DNA from: an uncultured Bacteroidales bacterium | GTDB taxonomy: Bacteria; Bacteroidota; Bacteroidia; Bacteroidales; CAZJDA01 | Reading direction: 5' to 3' | DNA: 64,000 bases | NCBI GenBank assembly: GCA_964544705.1 | Contig: CAZJDA010000011.1 | Coordinates: 21,620 to 85,619, forward strand | Shown: positions 38,695-47,833 of the stretch, piece by piece | Position numbering within the stretch: the first letter of the stretch is position 1 | Layout of the letters: each line of letters starts with the position of its first letter | Notes under the pieces: generated by a model | The model's input: only the letters and a program-made list of their open reading frames with translations | Databases searched by the model: none | Told to the model about the DNA's origin: nothing | Translations under genes and position numbers: made by a program

Positions 38695-40644
38695 TTAATT
38701 ATTAGCAATATTTGTTTTCTTAGCCAGCAAAATATTTAGTATAAGTTGATAACTTCTTCCTGGCATTGGCCTATTAGCTACCACCTGGAAATCGGTATCA
38801 AAAACATTATTAACGGCAAATTTTGTATTCAATTCAACATTTCCCAGCTTGATTTTTCTTCCGGCATATACATCAGCAATGCAATAACTTGGCATATACC
38901 AAGTATTATCAAGTGTAACATACCTTTCTCCAATATATTGAGCAGATATTCCGGCAAAGTTTTCCTTGAGCGAAGCCCTGAAATTATTGTTTGCTGTATG
39001 TTCAGGAACATATATCAATTGCTTGCCAAGCGCATTGTCAGCAAAACTCGTGGATTTCCTGTTGGTAGCTTTAGTATATGTATACTTAGAATGGTTTGTA
39101 ATTTTTAATGGATGTAAATTACAGTCAATTTTTGCTGATAACTCTATACCTTTTGATTCAACGTTTTTTAGGTTATAAGGACTCCAATAAATGCTATAAT
39201 CACCAGGATACCAAATAATCCAATCATGGATATCAGAATAAAAATAAGTGAGCTCTGTCATCACAGCAAACTTCCCTGAAAATTGGTGATCTATCGAGGT
39301 TCCAATATCAAAAGAATATCCTTTTTCTTCTGATAATAAAGGATTTCCCCCCGGCTGCCAGTATAGTTCATTTAATGTTGGCAAATGGTGGTTCACCGAT
39401 GCATTACCTTTTAAGTACCAATGAAGTGAGTTTAAAATTTTATACTCAAAACCGGCTGAAGGTAGGATGGGCAATAATTTGTTATCAGCATATTCTTGTC
39501 TTATAAGCAATAATGTTGTGAGTTTTTCAAAAAATGTCTTTTTAACACCGGAATGAAAGGACAACAATGTCCGGCTTTTTTCTCCAGCATAGTTTGCAGA
39601 ATTCACGAAAATATTATCGTTATTAATTCCTGTAAAGAATTCTATATTATTGAATGATGTCCGGAATTTAACTATATTGCTGAAAGATGAGCTATGATTC
39701 TTAGTATTGGTTGTATCCAAACTTCTTTTGTAGTGCATAAAATCGTAGAGAAAACCCGATTTAATTTCTAATTTGCTTTTCCCGTATAGGTGTTTCCATC
39801 CTGCCAAAGTTCTAAAAAAACGATAAGTTTCACTTTCACTGCCTTTATTTCCTTCTACAGACAAAGGAAAAGGTATATTCCTGGAATTATCCTGCGCCCA
39901 TATATTTAGCGAGAAAATGTTTTTATTACCCGTCTTAAAATAGAGTTCTTGCAGAACGCCTTTGTTTTTATAACCTGCATTTTCTCTTCTCTTTACAGGG
40001 TATGGTTTTGAATGTGAATTGTCTTTATATGGGAAATCATTTTGCGATGTATTATAAATGAGCCGGGCCCTATACTGAAGTTTCCGCGATCCTTTCTGAA
40101 TATCTAACAATGAGTTAAAAGTATCAAAGCTGCCAATACTTTGGGTTAATCCAATAGAAAAATTATTTTTCCATTGGGGTTTGTTACTAAGCAATATACT
40201 GCCTCCCAATGAGCCGCTGTTTGCTATCAAAGAACTTCCACCATGATAAAGGGTGGCTTCGTCAAGGAAACTGACAGGAATTTGTGAAAAATCCAATTGT
40301 CCCAGCATAGGAGAGTTGATATTAAAATCATTCCAAAGAACTTGTGTATGTGTGGCATTGGTACCCCGGAAAGAAGCCGTTGAAAGGCCGCCTTGCCCAT
40401 ATGTCTTAATAAAAACCGGTGTATTCATAGAAATAAGCTCTGTTAAGGTCTCAGTTTCATGTTCTTTGATCGTGGCCTTTTCTATAGTTGTTTTCTGAAG
40501 TCCGGTACTGGGTTTTTCAGCAACAATAGAAAAGGGTTTCAAGAATAAAATGGTATCAGTTTCTTGGCAAAACATAGAAGAGATACTAATAGTACTTAAA
40601 ACTATTAATAGTAAACGTTTTTTTATGAAAAAAACAATTTGCAT
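38695..40644 (-). CDS. btuB: TonB-dependent receptor, BtuB-like by context
   Basis: 649 aa with a plug region (GQGGLSTASFRGTNATHTQVLWNDFNINSPMLGQLDFSQIP). Its ATG directly abuts the stop codon of the upstream gene (40645). It lies in a cobalamin-riboswitch operon. Confidence 0.75.
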   Translation of the reverse strand: MQIVFFIKKRLLLIVLSTISISSMFCQETDTILFLKPFSIVAEKPSTGLQKTTIEKATIKEHETETLTELISMNTPVFIKTYGQGGLSTASFRGTNATHTQVLWNDFNINSPMLGQLDFSQIPVSFLDEATLYHGGSSLIANSGSLGGSILLSNKPQWKNNFSIGLTQSIGSFDTFNSLLDIQKGSRKLQYRARLIYNTSQNDFPYKDNSHSKPYPVKRRENAGYKNKGVLQELYFKTGNKNIFSLNIWAQDNSRNIPFPLSVEGNKGSESETYRFFRTLAGWKHLYGKSKLEIKSGFLYDFMHYKRSLDTTNTKNHSSSFSNIVKFRTSFNNIEFFTGINNDNIFVNSANYAGEKSRTLLSFHSGVKKTFFEKLTTLLLIRQEYADNKLLPILPSAGFEYKILNSLHWYLKGNASVNHHLPTLNELYWQPGGNPLLSEEKGYSFDIGTSIDHQFSGKFAVMTELTYFYSDIHDWIIWYPGDYSIYWSPYNLKNVESKGIELSAKIDCNLHPLKITNHSKYTYTKATNRKSTSFADNALGKQLIYVPEHTANNNFRASLKENFAGISAQYIGERYVTLDNTWYMPSYCIADVYAGRKIKLGNVELNTKFAVNNVFDTDFQVVANRPMPGRSYQLILNILLAKKTNIANN

Positions 40645-41622
40645 TTATTTGATGAGTATTTTTTTTCTATGAACATTCATTTCATTATTGAGTTTTATTA
40701 CGTAGATTCCTTTTTTCAAACCTTTAATATTAACAGAATGAGTCCCTTTATTTTGAATATGCTCGCTCCAAACGGTTATTCCTTGTAAATTTATCAATTC
40801 AACACTTGTGCTTTCGCAGGGAATTTTCATATGGATGAAATTTTCTGCAGGTATTGGATAAACAGCGAACTTTTCCTGCTTATTTGCTTTGATTTGGATG
40901 GTATTGGTGTTGTGAATCACTCCAATTGCATCAAGGTCAAAACCACTTGCTTCAAATGGAGTTGGCCAAGGGTCATTTACCTTATTACCTTGCGAATCGT
41001 AGGTAGCAAAGTCATCTTGGATGCATCCTATAGCATCTATTATTTTAATATGTGTAATATTATTAACATCCAATCCTTGCGTGTTTTCAAGTTCTTGGAG
41101 ATCGAAAGGTGTTCCATACTCCACTCTATATTTTCCGGCCAGGTTATGGATCTTTGTAGCATCTAATTGGCCGAATGTTTCTACTTGAGTTTGTGTTTGT
41201 GTTAGAGAAACTCCATCAAACCTGTGAAATTGGGTGCCATCAGAACTCACTTCAACAAAAGCGAGTTCCAGGAAAAAGTCATTGAAAGCATTTTCAAAAA
41301 TGGCAAAATCCCAACCTTGCCCGTTTGCTAAGGGAGTTTCAAAAGTCAAGATCGCACTTCCACCATCGCCTAAACTCAACGTGCCATTAATTCCTGGCTT
41401 ACCTGTAGCATTAGAAGCTTGGCCATAACTTGCATTGCCTTCACCAGGGTTTGAGATATCCATAGGGCCTCTTTCAACTTGGCAACCGGATGCCCAAGCT
41501 ATAAAACAGCTATTGTCCTTATGAATAGCTGTAGAACCTTCCTGTCCCGCTGGTGGAGGATATTGCGAATACATATTCAAAACAAAGGCGAATATAAATG
41601 TAATTGAAGCTATTTTCTTCAT
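40645..41622 (-). CDS. T9SS-sorted secreted protein of unknown function
   Basis: 325 aa with a signal peptide and a conserved-looking core (GWDFAIFENAFNDFFLELAFVEVSSDG). The C-terminus is a type A sorting domain (FAVYPIPAENFIHM...GIYVIKLNN...KILIK). Confidence 0.75.
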   Translation of the reverse strand: MKKIASITFIFAFVLNMYSQYPPPAGQEGSTAIHKDNSCFIAWASGCQVERGPMDISNPGEGNASYGQASNATGKPGINGTLSLGDGGSAILTFETPLANGQGWDFAIFENAFNDFFLELAFVEVSSDGTQFHRFDGVSLTQTQTQVETFGQLDATKIHNLAGKYRVEYGTPFDLQELENTQGLDVNNITHIKIIDAIGCIQDDFATYDSQGNKVNDPWPTPFEASGFDLDAIGVIHNTNTIQIKANKQEKFAVYPIPAENFIHMKIPCESTSVELINLQGITVWSEHIQNKGTHSVNIKGLKKGIYVIKLNNEMNVHRKKILIK

Positions 41623-41713
41623 CTTTTATGTATTTGTAGTTAATAACTATAGAAATGAAAATTCCGCCAGGCAAACCAAATATTTGAACCAAGCGGAATT
41701 TCTTTAACAGTTT

Positions 41714-42982
41714 TTATTGTTTCAATAACTTAGTTACATAAGTTTCTTTAGCAGTAATAATTTGTACAATATATACTCCATTCGTTAGATTCGATACATC
41801 CAATATTCCGCCTTTTTGCAAGTTTTTGTTAACCAGCTCTTCACCGGCAACATTGAATATTTTAACGCTATATTCACCATTTAGTTTATTATCCTTAAAA
41901 TGAACGGTGTTGATTGCCGGGTTTGGATACAGGCTTATCTTTTTCTTGGGCCCAGTATTATTTATCGAGGTATTATCTACAGTATATTGAATAGCAAGCG
42001 CCTCGGGAGAAACACCAACGTCAAGGCTGTCTTCTACGCTAAGTGAGCTGGTATTGTAAATATACATTTTACCATAGGAAGAAAAATCCGAAGTTGTTAA
42101 GTAAAGTTTTTTATCAACACTATCATAGCACATAGCAGCAATTGTTCTGTCCAAGTAGCTGGTAATTTCAGAAGTTTCAGTATTAAAAGCAGCAATGTCC
42201 ATTGACCGGGGGATAAGTATCTCATTTTCTTTCATTACCGGATGCCCGGTAAATCCATAGTAATCACCATTGAATACATGAGTGGCTGTGTCACCGTTTT
42301 CGATATTATATTCACTTACAGAGTATTGTAAATTCGTCATATCCCAAAAGTGCGTATTCACAGTATAAATAAAAGGTTCCTTGTAAAAAACTTCGCTAAG
42401 TCCTTTGGCGGAGGAACCAAAATTCATCTCTTTGCTTATTGTGAAGTCATAAAGATTCATAACAACTAGTTTTCCTTGGCTTGTTCCGTAGGGGCCGGGT
42501 ACTGCAATATAAGCGGAATCACCGACTATGGCTATGCCACCGGTTTCTCCTGGTGTTTGAACGATTTTTGTTACTGACAAATCAGTTTTTTTAAGAACAT
42601 AAACACAACTGTCATCGGCGGGGAATTGACGCGTTATGATAAGGTTCTCACCATATTGCTCAATGTCTCTTAAAGCCGTTAGCTTGGTAGCTGCTACCCT
42701 GTTTTGGTTTTCCAAGCTATATTTGATAATGGAGTCTTGGGCAAGGACGTAAGCATAGCTGCTATCTAAACAGATGCTTTGTATGGATTGAGAGTTTATG
42801 CCATCAAAAACATTATAATCTTGCGATTCTGTGAGGTAAGAAGCCACTGTGACATTGTTTCCCGGGTTTCCATATTCACCCCCATTACCAATTATTAGGC
42901 GGTAGGGTTTTAAGTTTTCTTGAGCGTTTAATGTGATTGTCATTAGCAGGCAAGCTGCAATTGTCATGTAAAATTTTTTCAT
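41714..42982 (-). CDS. T9SS-sorted beta-propeller-like protein
   Basis: 422 aa with a signal peptide and blade-like repeats. The C-terminus is a sorting domain (ISLYPNPAINTVHF...GVYIVQIITAKETYVTKLLKQ). It is the first gene after the riboswitch. Confidence 0.75.
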   Translation of the reverse strand: MKKFYMTIAACLLMTITLNAQENLKPYRLIIGNGGEYGNPGNNVTVASYLTESQDYNVFDGINSQSIQSICLDSSYAYVLAQDSIIKYSLENQNRVAATKLTALRDIEQYGENLIITRQFPADDSCVYVLKKTDLSVTKIVQTPGETGGIAIVGDSAYIAVPGPYGTSQGKLVVMNLYDFTISKEMNFGSSAKGLSEVFYKEPFIYTVNTHFWDMTNLQYSVSEYNIENGDTATHVFNGDYYGFTGHPVMKENEILIPRSMDIAAFNTETSEITSYLDRTIAAMCYDSVDKKLYLTTSDFSSYGKMYIYNTSSLSVEDSLDVGVSPEALAIQYTVDNTSINNTGPKKKISLYPNPAINTVHFKDNKLNGEYSVKIFNVAGEELVNKNLQKGGILDVSNLTNGVYIVQIITAKETYVTKLLKQ

Positions 42983-43112
42983 TGGATGAAAGTTTTAAAG
43001 TTAATAATTTAAATTTTAAAACTTCAAAACCTTACAGGAATTCATGGGGAATAAACCAGGTATGAATTGATTATTCGCCAGCTTTTATCCCGAAAGCTTT
43101 GAATGTGTGAAT

Positions 43113-43300
43113 TGATGGCAGGTCTTCTGACTTATCCTTTTCCGGTAGCCTTCCCGCCCCGATTGCTCGGGACAGTGGCAGGTATTCCGGGGGTATATCC
43201 CATTTAAAAGTGGGATACGGAATTACAGCAGCGGGAACTGTTGCCGATTCCCTGCGCTAAGCGTAGGCCACGGCATTCCCTTTTAAGGTGTTACCTGAAA
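43113..43300 (-). promoter_or_regulatory. cobalamin (B12) riboswitch
   Basis: The minus strand has a P1 helix TGATGG...CCATCA. It contains AAAAGGGAAT, CAGTTCCCGCTGCTGTAA, GCCACTG and GGGAAGGC. The B12 box AGTCAGAAGACCTGCC is the complement of 43117-43132. Confidence 0.85.
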
Positions 43301-43324
43301 CAGGTATTTACCACCATCAGTTTG

Positions 43325-43332
43325 CAAATGTA
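43325..43332 (-). promoter_or_regulatory. candidate -7 box TACATTTG driving the riboswitch operon
   Basis: Fits TAnnTTTG and lies about 25 nt upstream of the riboswitch P1. Confidence 0.45.
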
Positions 43333-43414
43333 AGTATTAATTCTAAAATAAAAAACTTCAGATGCATTTCTAACAGTTTAATTATTTGGGTAGTATTTTA
43401 CAAAAAAAATATTG

Positions 43415-44137
43415 TTATCCTGGAAATATTTTTTGGAAGGCATTTTCAGCGGCTATCTGCTCTGCTTTCTTTATTGAATGGTCTTTTCCTGTGGCTATTT
43501 TATCCGATTCTATGTAAAGGTCAACAATGTAGTATTTACCATAGCCATTGCCAATTTCATCTACTACTTTAAACTCCGCATTTTTCTTTTCCTTTTGTGC
43601 CCATTCAATTATTCTACTTTTATAGTTGACTTCTGTTTGACGCAGTTCTTCAATATCTAAATGACAATTAATAATACGGTTTACAACAATGTTTTTTGTA
43701 AATATATACCCTTTATCAAGATATATTGCACCAATAAAAGCTTCAAAAGCATCGCCATCAATGGATTTATGATGTGAACAAACATATTTGTCTTGCTTGA
43801 TAAAATTGATAAACCCTAATTTCTTGGAAAGTTTATTTAGGTTTTCCCTGCTAACGATTTTGGAACGCATTTCAGTAAGGAAACCTTCTTCTTCGTATGG
43901 GAATTTTTTGAAAATATAATCGGCAACAATAGCTCCAAGAATGGCATCACCAAGATATTCGAGCCTTTCGTTGCTTTTTCGTATTCCCTTTTTTATTTCA
44001 ACTGCTTTAGATTTGTGAAGGAAAGCCAATTCGTAAAGAAAAATATTTCCGGGTTTGAACCCGAAAATATTTTTTATATACTTAGCCAATTTAGAATCGT
44101 ATGCTGTATTGGTTTTTGATCGTTTAAAAAACAGCAA
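43415..44137 (-). CDS. rnc: ribonuclease III
   Basis: 240 aa with the signature ERLEYLGDAILG and a C-terminal dsRBD. Confidence 0.93.
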   Translation of the reverse strand: MLFFKRSKTNTAYDSKLAKYIKNIFGFKPGNIFLYELAFLHKSKAVEIKKGIRKSNERLEYLGDAILGAIVADYIFKKFPYEEEGFLTEMRSKIVSRENLNKLSKKLGFINFIKQDKYVCSHHKSIDGDAFEAFIGAIYLDKGYIFTKNIVVNRIINCHLDIEELRQTEVNYKSRIIEWAQKEKKNAEFKVVDEIGNGYGKYYIVDLYIESDKIATGKDHSIKKAEQIAAENAFQKIFPG

Positions 44138-44148
44138 ATCTTAAAAAT

Positions 44149-45402
44149 TTATTCACTAAATTTTTTAAAGAGTATAGAAACATTATGCCCACCAAAACCA
44201 AACGTGTTACTAAGTCCTGTATTAACAACTTTTTTGTTTATTTTATGATAATTAAACTTCAATTTGTTGTCAATTTCGGGGTCATCGGTAAAATGGTTGA
44301 TTGTAGGAGGAATAATGTCGTTTTTAACAGTGAGTACTGTAGCTATAGATTCAATAGCACCAGCTGCACCCAATAAGTGCCCAGTCATCGACTTAGTAGA
44401 GTTGATTTCCAGGTTGTAAGCATGGTCTTTAAACAATTTTACGATAGCTTTTGGTTCTGCTATGTCTCCAACAGGAGTAGAAGTACCGTGCGTATTAATA
44501 TGGTCTAATTGATTAGGTTCCATATTAGCATCTTCTAAAGCGTACTTCATAGAATTTTGAGCGCCAAGTCCTTCAGGGTGAGGAGCGGTCATATGGTATG
44601 CATCAGCAGATAGGCCGCAACCGGCAACTTCTGCATAAATCGTTGCGCCTCTTCTTTTAGCGTGTTCAAGCTCTTCAAGAACGAGGGCGCCTCCGCCTTC
44701 ACCAAGAACAAAGCCATCCCTGTCTTTGTCAAAAGGCCTGGATGCTGTTTTAGGGTCATCGTTTCTTGTGGAGATAGCATGCATTGCATTGAAGCCGCCT
44801 ATACCTGCCTCATTAACAGCAGCTTCTGAACCGCCCGCGATAAATATATCGGCTTTATTAAGCCTAATATAGTTAAATGCATCTACCAAAGCATTAGCAG
44901 AGGAAGCACAAGCAGAAACAGTCGCAAAATTGGGACCTCTGAAACCATATTTAATGGAAATATGGCCGGCGGTGATATCTGCAATCATTTTAGGAATAAA
45001 GAACGGGTTGAAGCGTGGTGTACCATCGCCTTTTGCATACCCAGTAACTTCGTTCCAGAATGTAGTAAGACCACCTATACCAGATGCCCAAATAACACCT
45101 GCCCTGTCTAAGTCAATGGTTTTAAGATCCAAATATGAATTTTCAACGGCTTCGGCTGCGCTAACCAACCCAAATTGAGCATAAAGGTCGAATTTTCTCA
45201 GCTCTTTCCTGTCAAAATGGTTTTTGGGATCATAATTTTTAACCTCGGCGGCAAACTGTGTTTTGAATTTTGAGGCATCAAAGCGAGTAATCTTATCTGA
45301 TCCGCTAACCCCATCGATGAGAGCATCCCAATAATCGTTTACATTATTACCCAATGGAGTGATTGCTCCAAGACCGGTAACAACTACTCGTTTTAATGTC
45401 AT
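44149..45402 (-). CDS. fabF: beta-ketoacyl-ACP synthase II
   Basis: 417 aa with active-site Cys context ATVSACASSANA and His motifs HGTSTPVGD and GHLLGAAG. Confidence 0.95.
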   Translation of the reverse strand: MTLKRVVVTGLGAITPLGNNVNDYWDALIDGVSGSDKITRFDASKFKTQFAAEVKNYDPKNHFDRKELRKFDLYAQFGLVSAAEAVENSYLDLKTIDLDRAGVIWASGIGGLTTFWNEVTGYAKGDGTPRFNPFFIPKMIADITAGHISIKYGFRGPNFATVSACASSANALVDAFNYIRLNKADIFIAGGSEAAVNEAGIGGFNAMHAISTRNDDPKTASRPFDKDRDGFVLGEGGGALVLEELEHAKRRGATIYAEVAGCGLSADAYHMTAPHPEGLGAQNSMKYALEDANMEPNQLDHINTHGTSTPVGDIAEPKAIVKLFKDHAYNLEINSTKSMTGHLLGAAGAIESIATVLTVKNDIIPPTINHFTDDPEIDNKLKFNYHKINKKVVNTGLSNTFGFGGHNVSILFKKFSE

Positions 45403-45414
45403 GTATTAAACTTT

Positions 45415-45651
45415 TTACTTATTGTTATTCTCTATATATGCAATTGCATCACCTACTGTACCAATTTTTTCAGCTTGGTCATCCGGAATTGCTATGTTGA
45501 ATTCTTTTTCAAATTCCATAATCAACTCTACGGTATCTAGTGAATCTGCACCAAGATCGTTTGTAAAACTAGCTTCTGGTGTTACTTCTTTCTCATCAAC
45601 ACCTAATTTGTCAACGATAATTGCTTTAACTTTTGATGAAATATCAGACAT
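45415..45651 (-). CDS. acpP: acyl carrier protein
   Basis: 78 aa with the [12 protein letters not shown] phosphopantetheine site. Confidence 0.96.
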   Translation of the reverse strand: MSDISSKVKAIIVDKLGVDEKEVTPEASFTNDLGADSLDTVELIMEFEKEFNIAIPDDQAEKIGTVGDAIAYIENNNK

Positions 45652-45772
45652 AACTATTCAATTTTTAGTTAAACGAAATGCAAAGAAAAAAATTTAATCT
45701 ATTATACACAACTTTTTTTCAACTATTTTTTCAAATATAAGCACTATTCTTCTCTAAATCAAATAAAAACAA

Positions 45773-46750
45773 TTATTTTTGCCTTTCTATTGTAAAATTT
45801 ACCAAATCCTTTAAAGATTCTTTTGCTTGCTTATCCGGCATCTCGTTAAGAACTTCTAAAGCCATTTGCTTATAATCATACATTTTTTCCCTGGCATAAT
45901 CAACTCCACCGGCTTCCCTTACCTGGTCTAAGATTTGACGGATTACTTTGGGGTTTTTGTTCCGGTTCTTTACCTGGAAGATCAATTTCTTTTTTTGTAT
46001 ATAGGAGGATTGTTTAAGTAAATAGATCAACGGTAAGGTCATTTTTTGATCTTTAATGTCTATCCCAGATGGTTTACCGGTATTGTTATGATTTTCAAAA
46101 TCAAAGAGGTCGTCTTTTATTTGGAAGGCGATACCAACGTATTCGCCAAACAACCACATTTTCTCTGTTATTTCTTTAGTAGCGCCTGCTGATTCTGCCC
46201 CACAAGCACAACAAGAAGCTATAAGTGAAGCTGTTTTCTTTCTTATAATCTCAAAATATACTTCTTCGTCAACATCCAATTTACGGGCTTTTTCAATTTG
46301 TAAAAGTTCGCCCTCGCTCATTTCTTTTACCGAATTGCTTACTATTTGCAAAAGGTTAAATGCATTCTTTTCTAAGGAAATAATCAGGCCTTTAGATAGT
46401 AAATAATCTCCTACAAGAACAGCAATTTTATTTTTCCAAAGCGCATTAATGGAAAAAATCCCTCGCCTGAGATTGGAATTGTCCACCACATCATCATGAA
46501 CAAGTGTTGCAGTATGAAGTAATTCGATAAGTGATGCTGCCGTATACGTGGATTCATTAATATTTCCGCAAAGGTCGGCTGAGAAAAATACGAACATGGG
46601 GCGCATTTGTTTGCCTTTACGTTTTAATATATACCGTGTAATATGATTCAGTAGAGGCACTCTACTTTTCATAGAAGCCCTGAAATGTGTATTGAATTTT
46701 TCCATAACAGGTTCGATGGGAGCCCTTATTTGTTTTAATGTTTTTGACAT
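45773..46750 (-). CDS. polyprenyl diphosphate synthase (IspB-like)
   Basis: 325 aa with the first DDxxD motif LVHDDVVD and the second KDDLFD. Confidence 0.88.
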   Translation of the reverse strand: MSKTLKQIRAPIEPVMEKFNTHFRASMKSRVPLLNHITRYILKRKGKQMRPMFVFFSADLCGNINESTYTAASLIELLHTATLVHDDVVDNSNLRRGIFSINALWKNKIAVLVGDYLLSKGLIISLEKNAFNLLQIVSNSVKEMSEGELLQIEKARKLDVDEEVYFEIIRKKTASLIASCCACGAESAGATKEITEKMWLFGEYVGIAFQIKDDLFDFENHNNTGKPSGIDIKDQKMTLPLIYLLKQSSYIQKKKLIFQVKNRNKNPKVIRQILDQVREAGGVDYAREKMYDYKQMALEVLNEMPDKQAKESLKDLVNFTIERQK

Positions 46751-46849
46751 GAGAAATTTACATTTATGCTGCGAAAAAAGTCAAATGTAATGAAATAATT
46801 TAATTATAGATTAACAAATAGTGAAATATCCATATGAGTATAAGAGAAG

Positions 46850-47008
46850 TTTCTAGTGCCATGTCACACATGAAATAGTAAGGAGACTCCTTCGTTCCCG
46901 CTCATAGCGGGATAGACTGTGCCTCCTCGGAGTGACGTCTTTGCGAGTCGACATCAGTCGGCGAAGTAATCTCCAAGCGTCACATTAGAATTGACATGAC
47001 ACTAGAAA
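46850..47008. repeat. ~160-bp GC-enriched element bounded by terminal inverted repeats (MITE-like or structured RNA)
   Basis: The ends are TTTCTAGTGCCATGTCA (46850-46866) and TGACATGACACTAGAAA (46992-47008), matching at 16 of 17 positions. Inside, GGAGACTCCTTCG pairs with CGAAGTAATCTCC. The hairpin TCCCGCT-cat-AGCGGGA occupies 46896-46912. GCGTCACATTAGAATTGA (46977-46994) resembles the 36-nt motif. Confidence 0.6.
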
Positions 47009-47833
47009 TCAATTATTGTCATTTTTTTTGTTATGTTCTCCAAAATATTGATTCGGATGCTTCCTCTTAGCCAATAAAAAAACCAATCCAAGCAGAATGA
47101 AAGGAATACTCAAAAGCTGCCCTAAATTTAAAGACATTCCTTCTTCAAAAGATACTTGGTTGAGCTTTAAGTATTCCAATAAAAACCTCACGCTGAATAA
47201 ACTCACGAGAAAAAAGCCAAAAATAACTCCATGTTTTGGTTTTCCACCGGTTTTATAATAATATCGTGTTAAGAAAACAAAGATCAATAAATAGGATAAA
47301 GCTTCGTAAATTTGTGTGGGATGTCTTGGTACGTTGTCATAAGATGCAAAAATAAAGCCCCACGGTAGATTTGTGCGTATACCAAATATTTCCGAGTTCA
47401 TCAAATTACCCATCCTGATGAAAAAACCTGCTAATGCAACTGTAATTACGATTCTATCAAGGATCCATAGGTAGGGTTTTTTAAATTTACGGGCAAAAGC
47501 ATATAAAGCAACCAATATTCCCACTGCAGCTCCATGGCTAGCCAAGCCACCTTTCCAAATTTTGATGATCTCAATAGGATAATTGAAGTAATAACTTGGT
47601 TCGTAAAAAAAACAATGCCCGAGCCTTGCCCCCAATATAGTGCCAATGCCTACATAAATAGTGAGATTATCTACAAGTTTTACCGGTATGTCTTCTTTCT
47701 TAAAGAATTTTACCATGATGAGATACCCAAAATAAAAGGACATGGCGAAAAAGAGTCCATACCATCTTATGGCAAAATCACCTACATGGAATATTTCAGG
47801 ATCTACATCCCAGTATATGGTTCCTAAAATCAT
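47009..47833 (-). CDS. lgt: prolipoprotein diacylglyceryl transferase
   Basis: 274 aa with IRWYGLFF, GARLGHCF, WKGGLASHG, GNLMNSEIFG and RHPTQIYEAL. Confidence 0.92.
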   Translation of the reverse strand: MILGTIYWDVDPEIFHVGDFAIRWYGLFFAMSFYFGYLIMVKFFKKEDIPVKLVDNLTIYVGIGTILGARLGHCFFYEPSYYFNYPIEIIKIWKGGLASHGAAVGILVALYAFARKFKKPYLWILDRIVITVALAGFFIRMGNLMNSEIFGIRTNLPWGFIFASYDNVPRHPTQIYEALSYLLIFVFLTRYYYKTGGKPKHGVIFGFFLVSLFSVRFLLEYLKLNQVSFEEGMSLNLGQLLSIPFILLGLVFLLAKRKHPNQYFGEHNKKNDNN

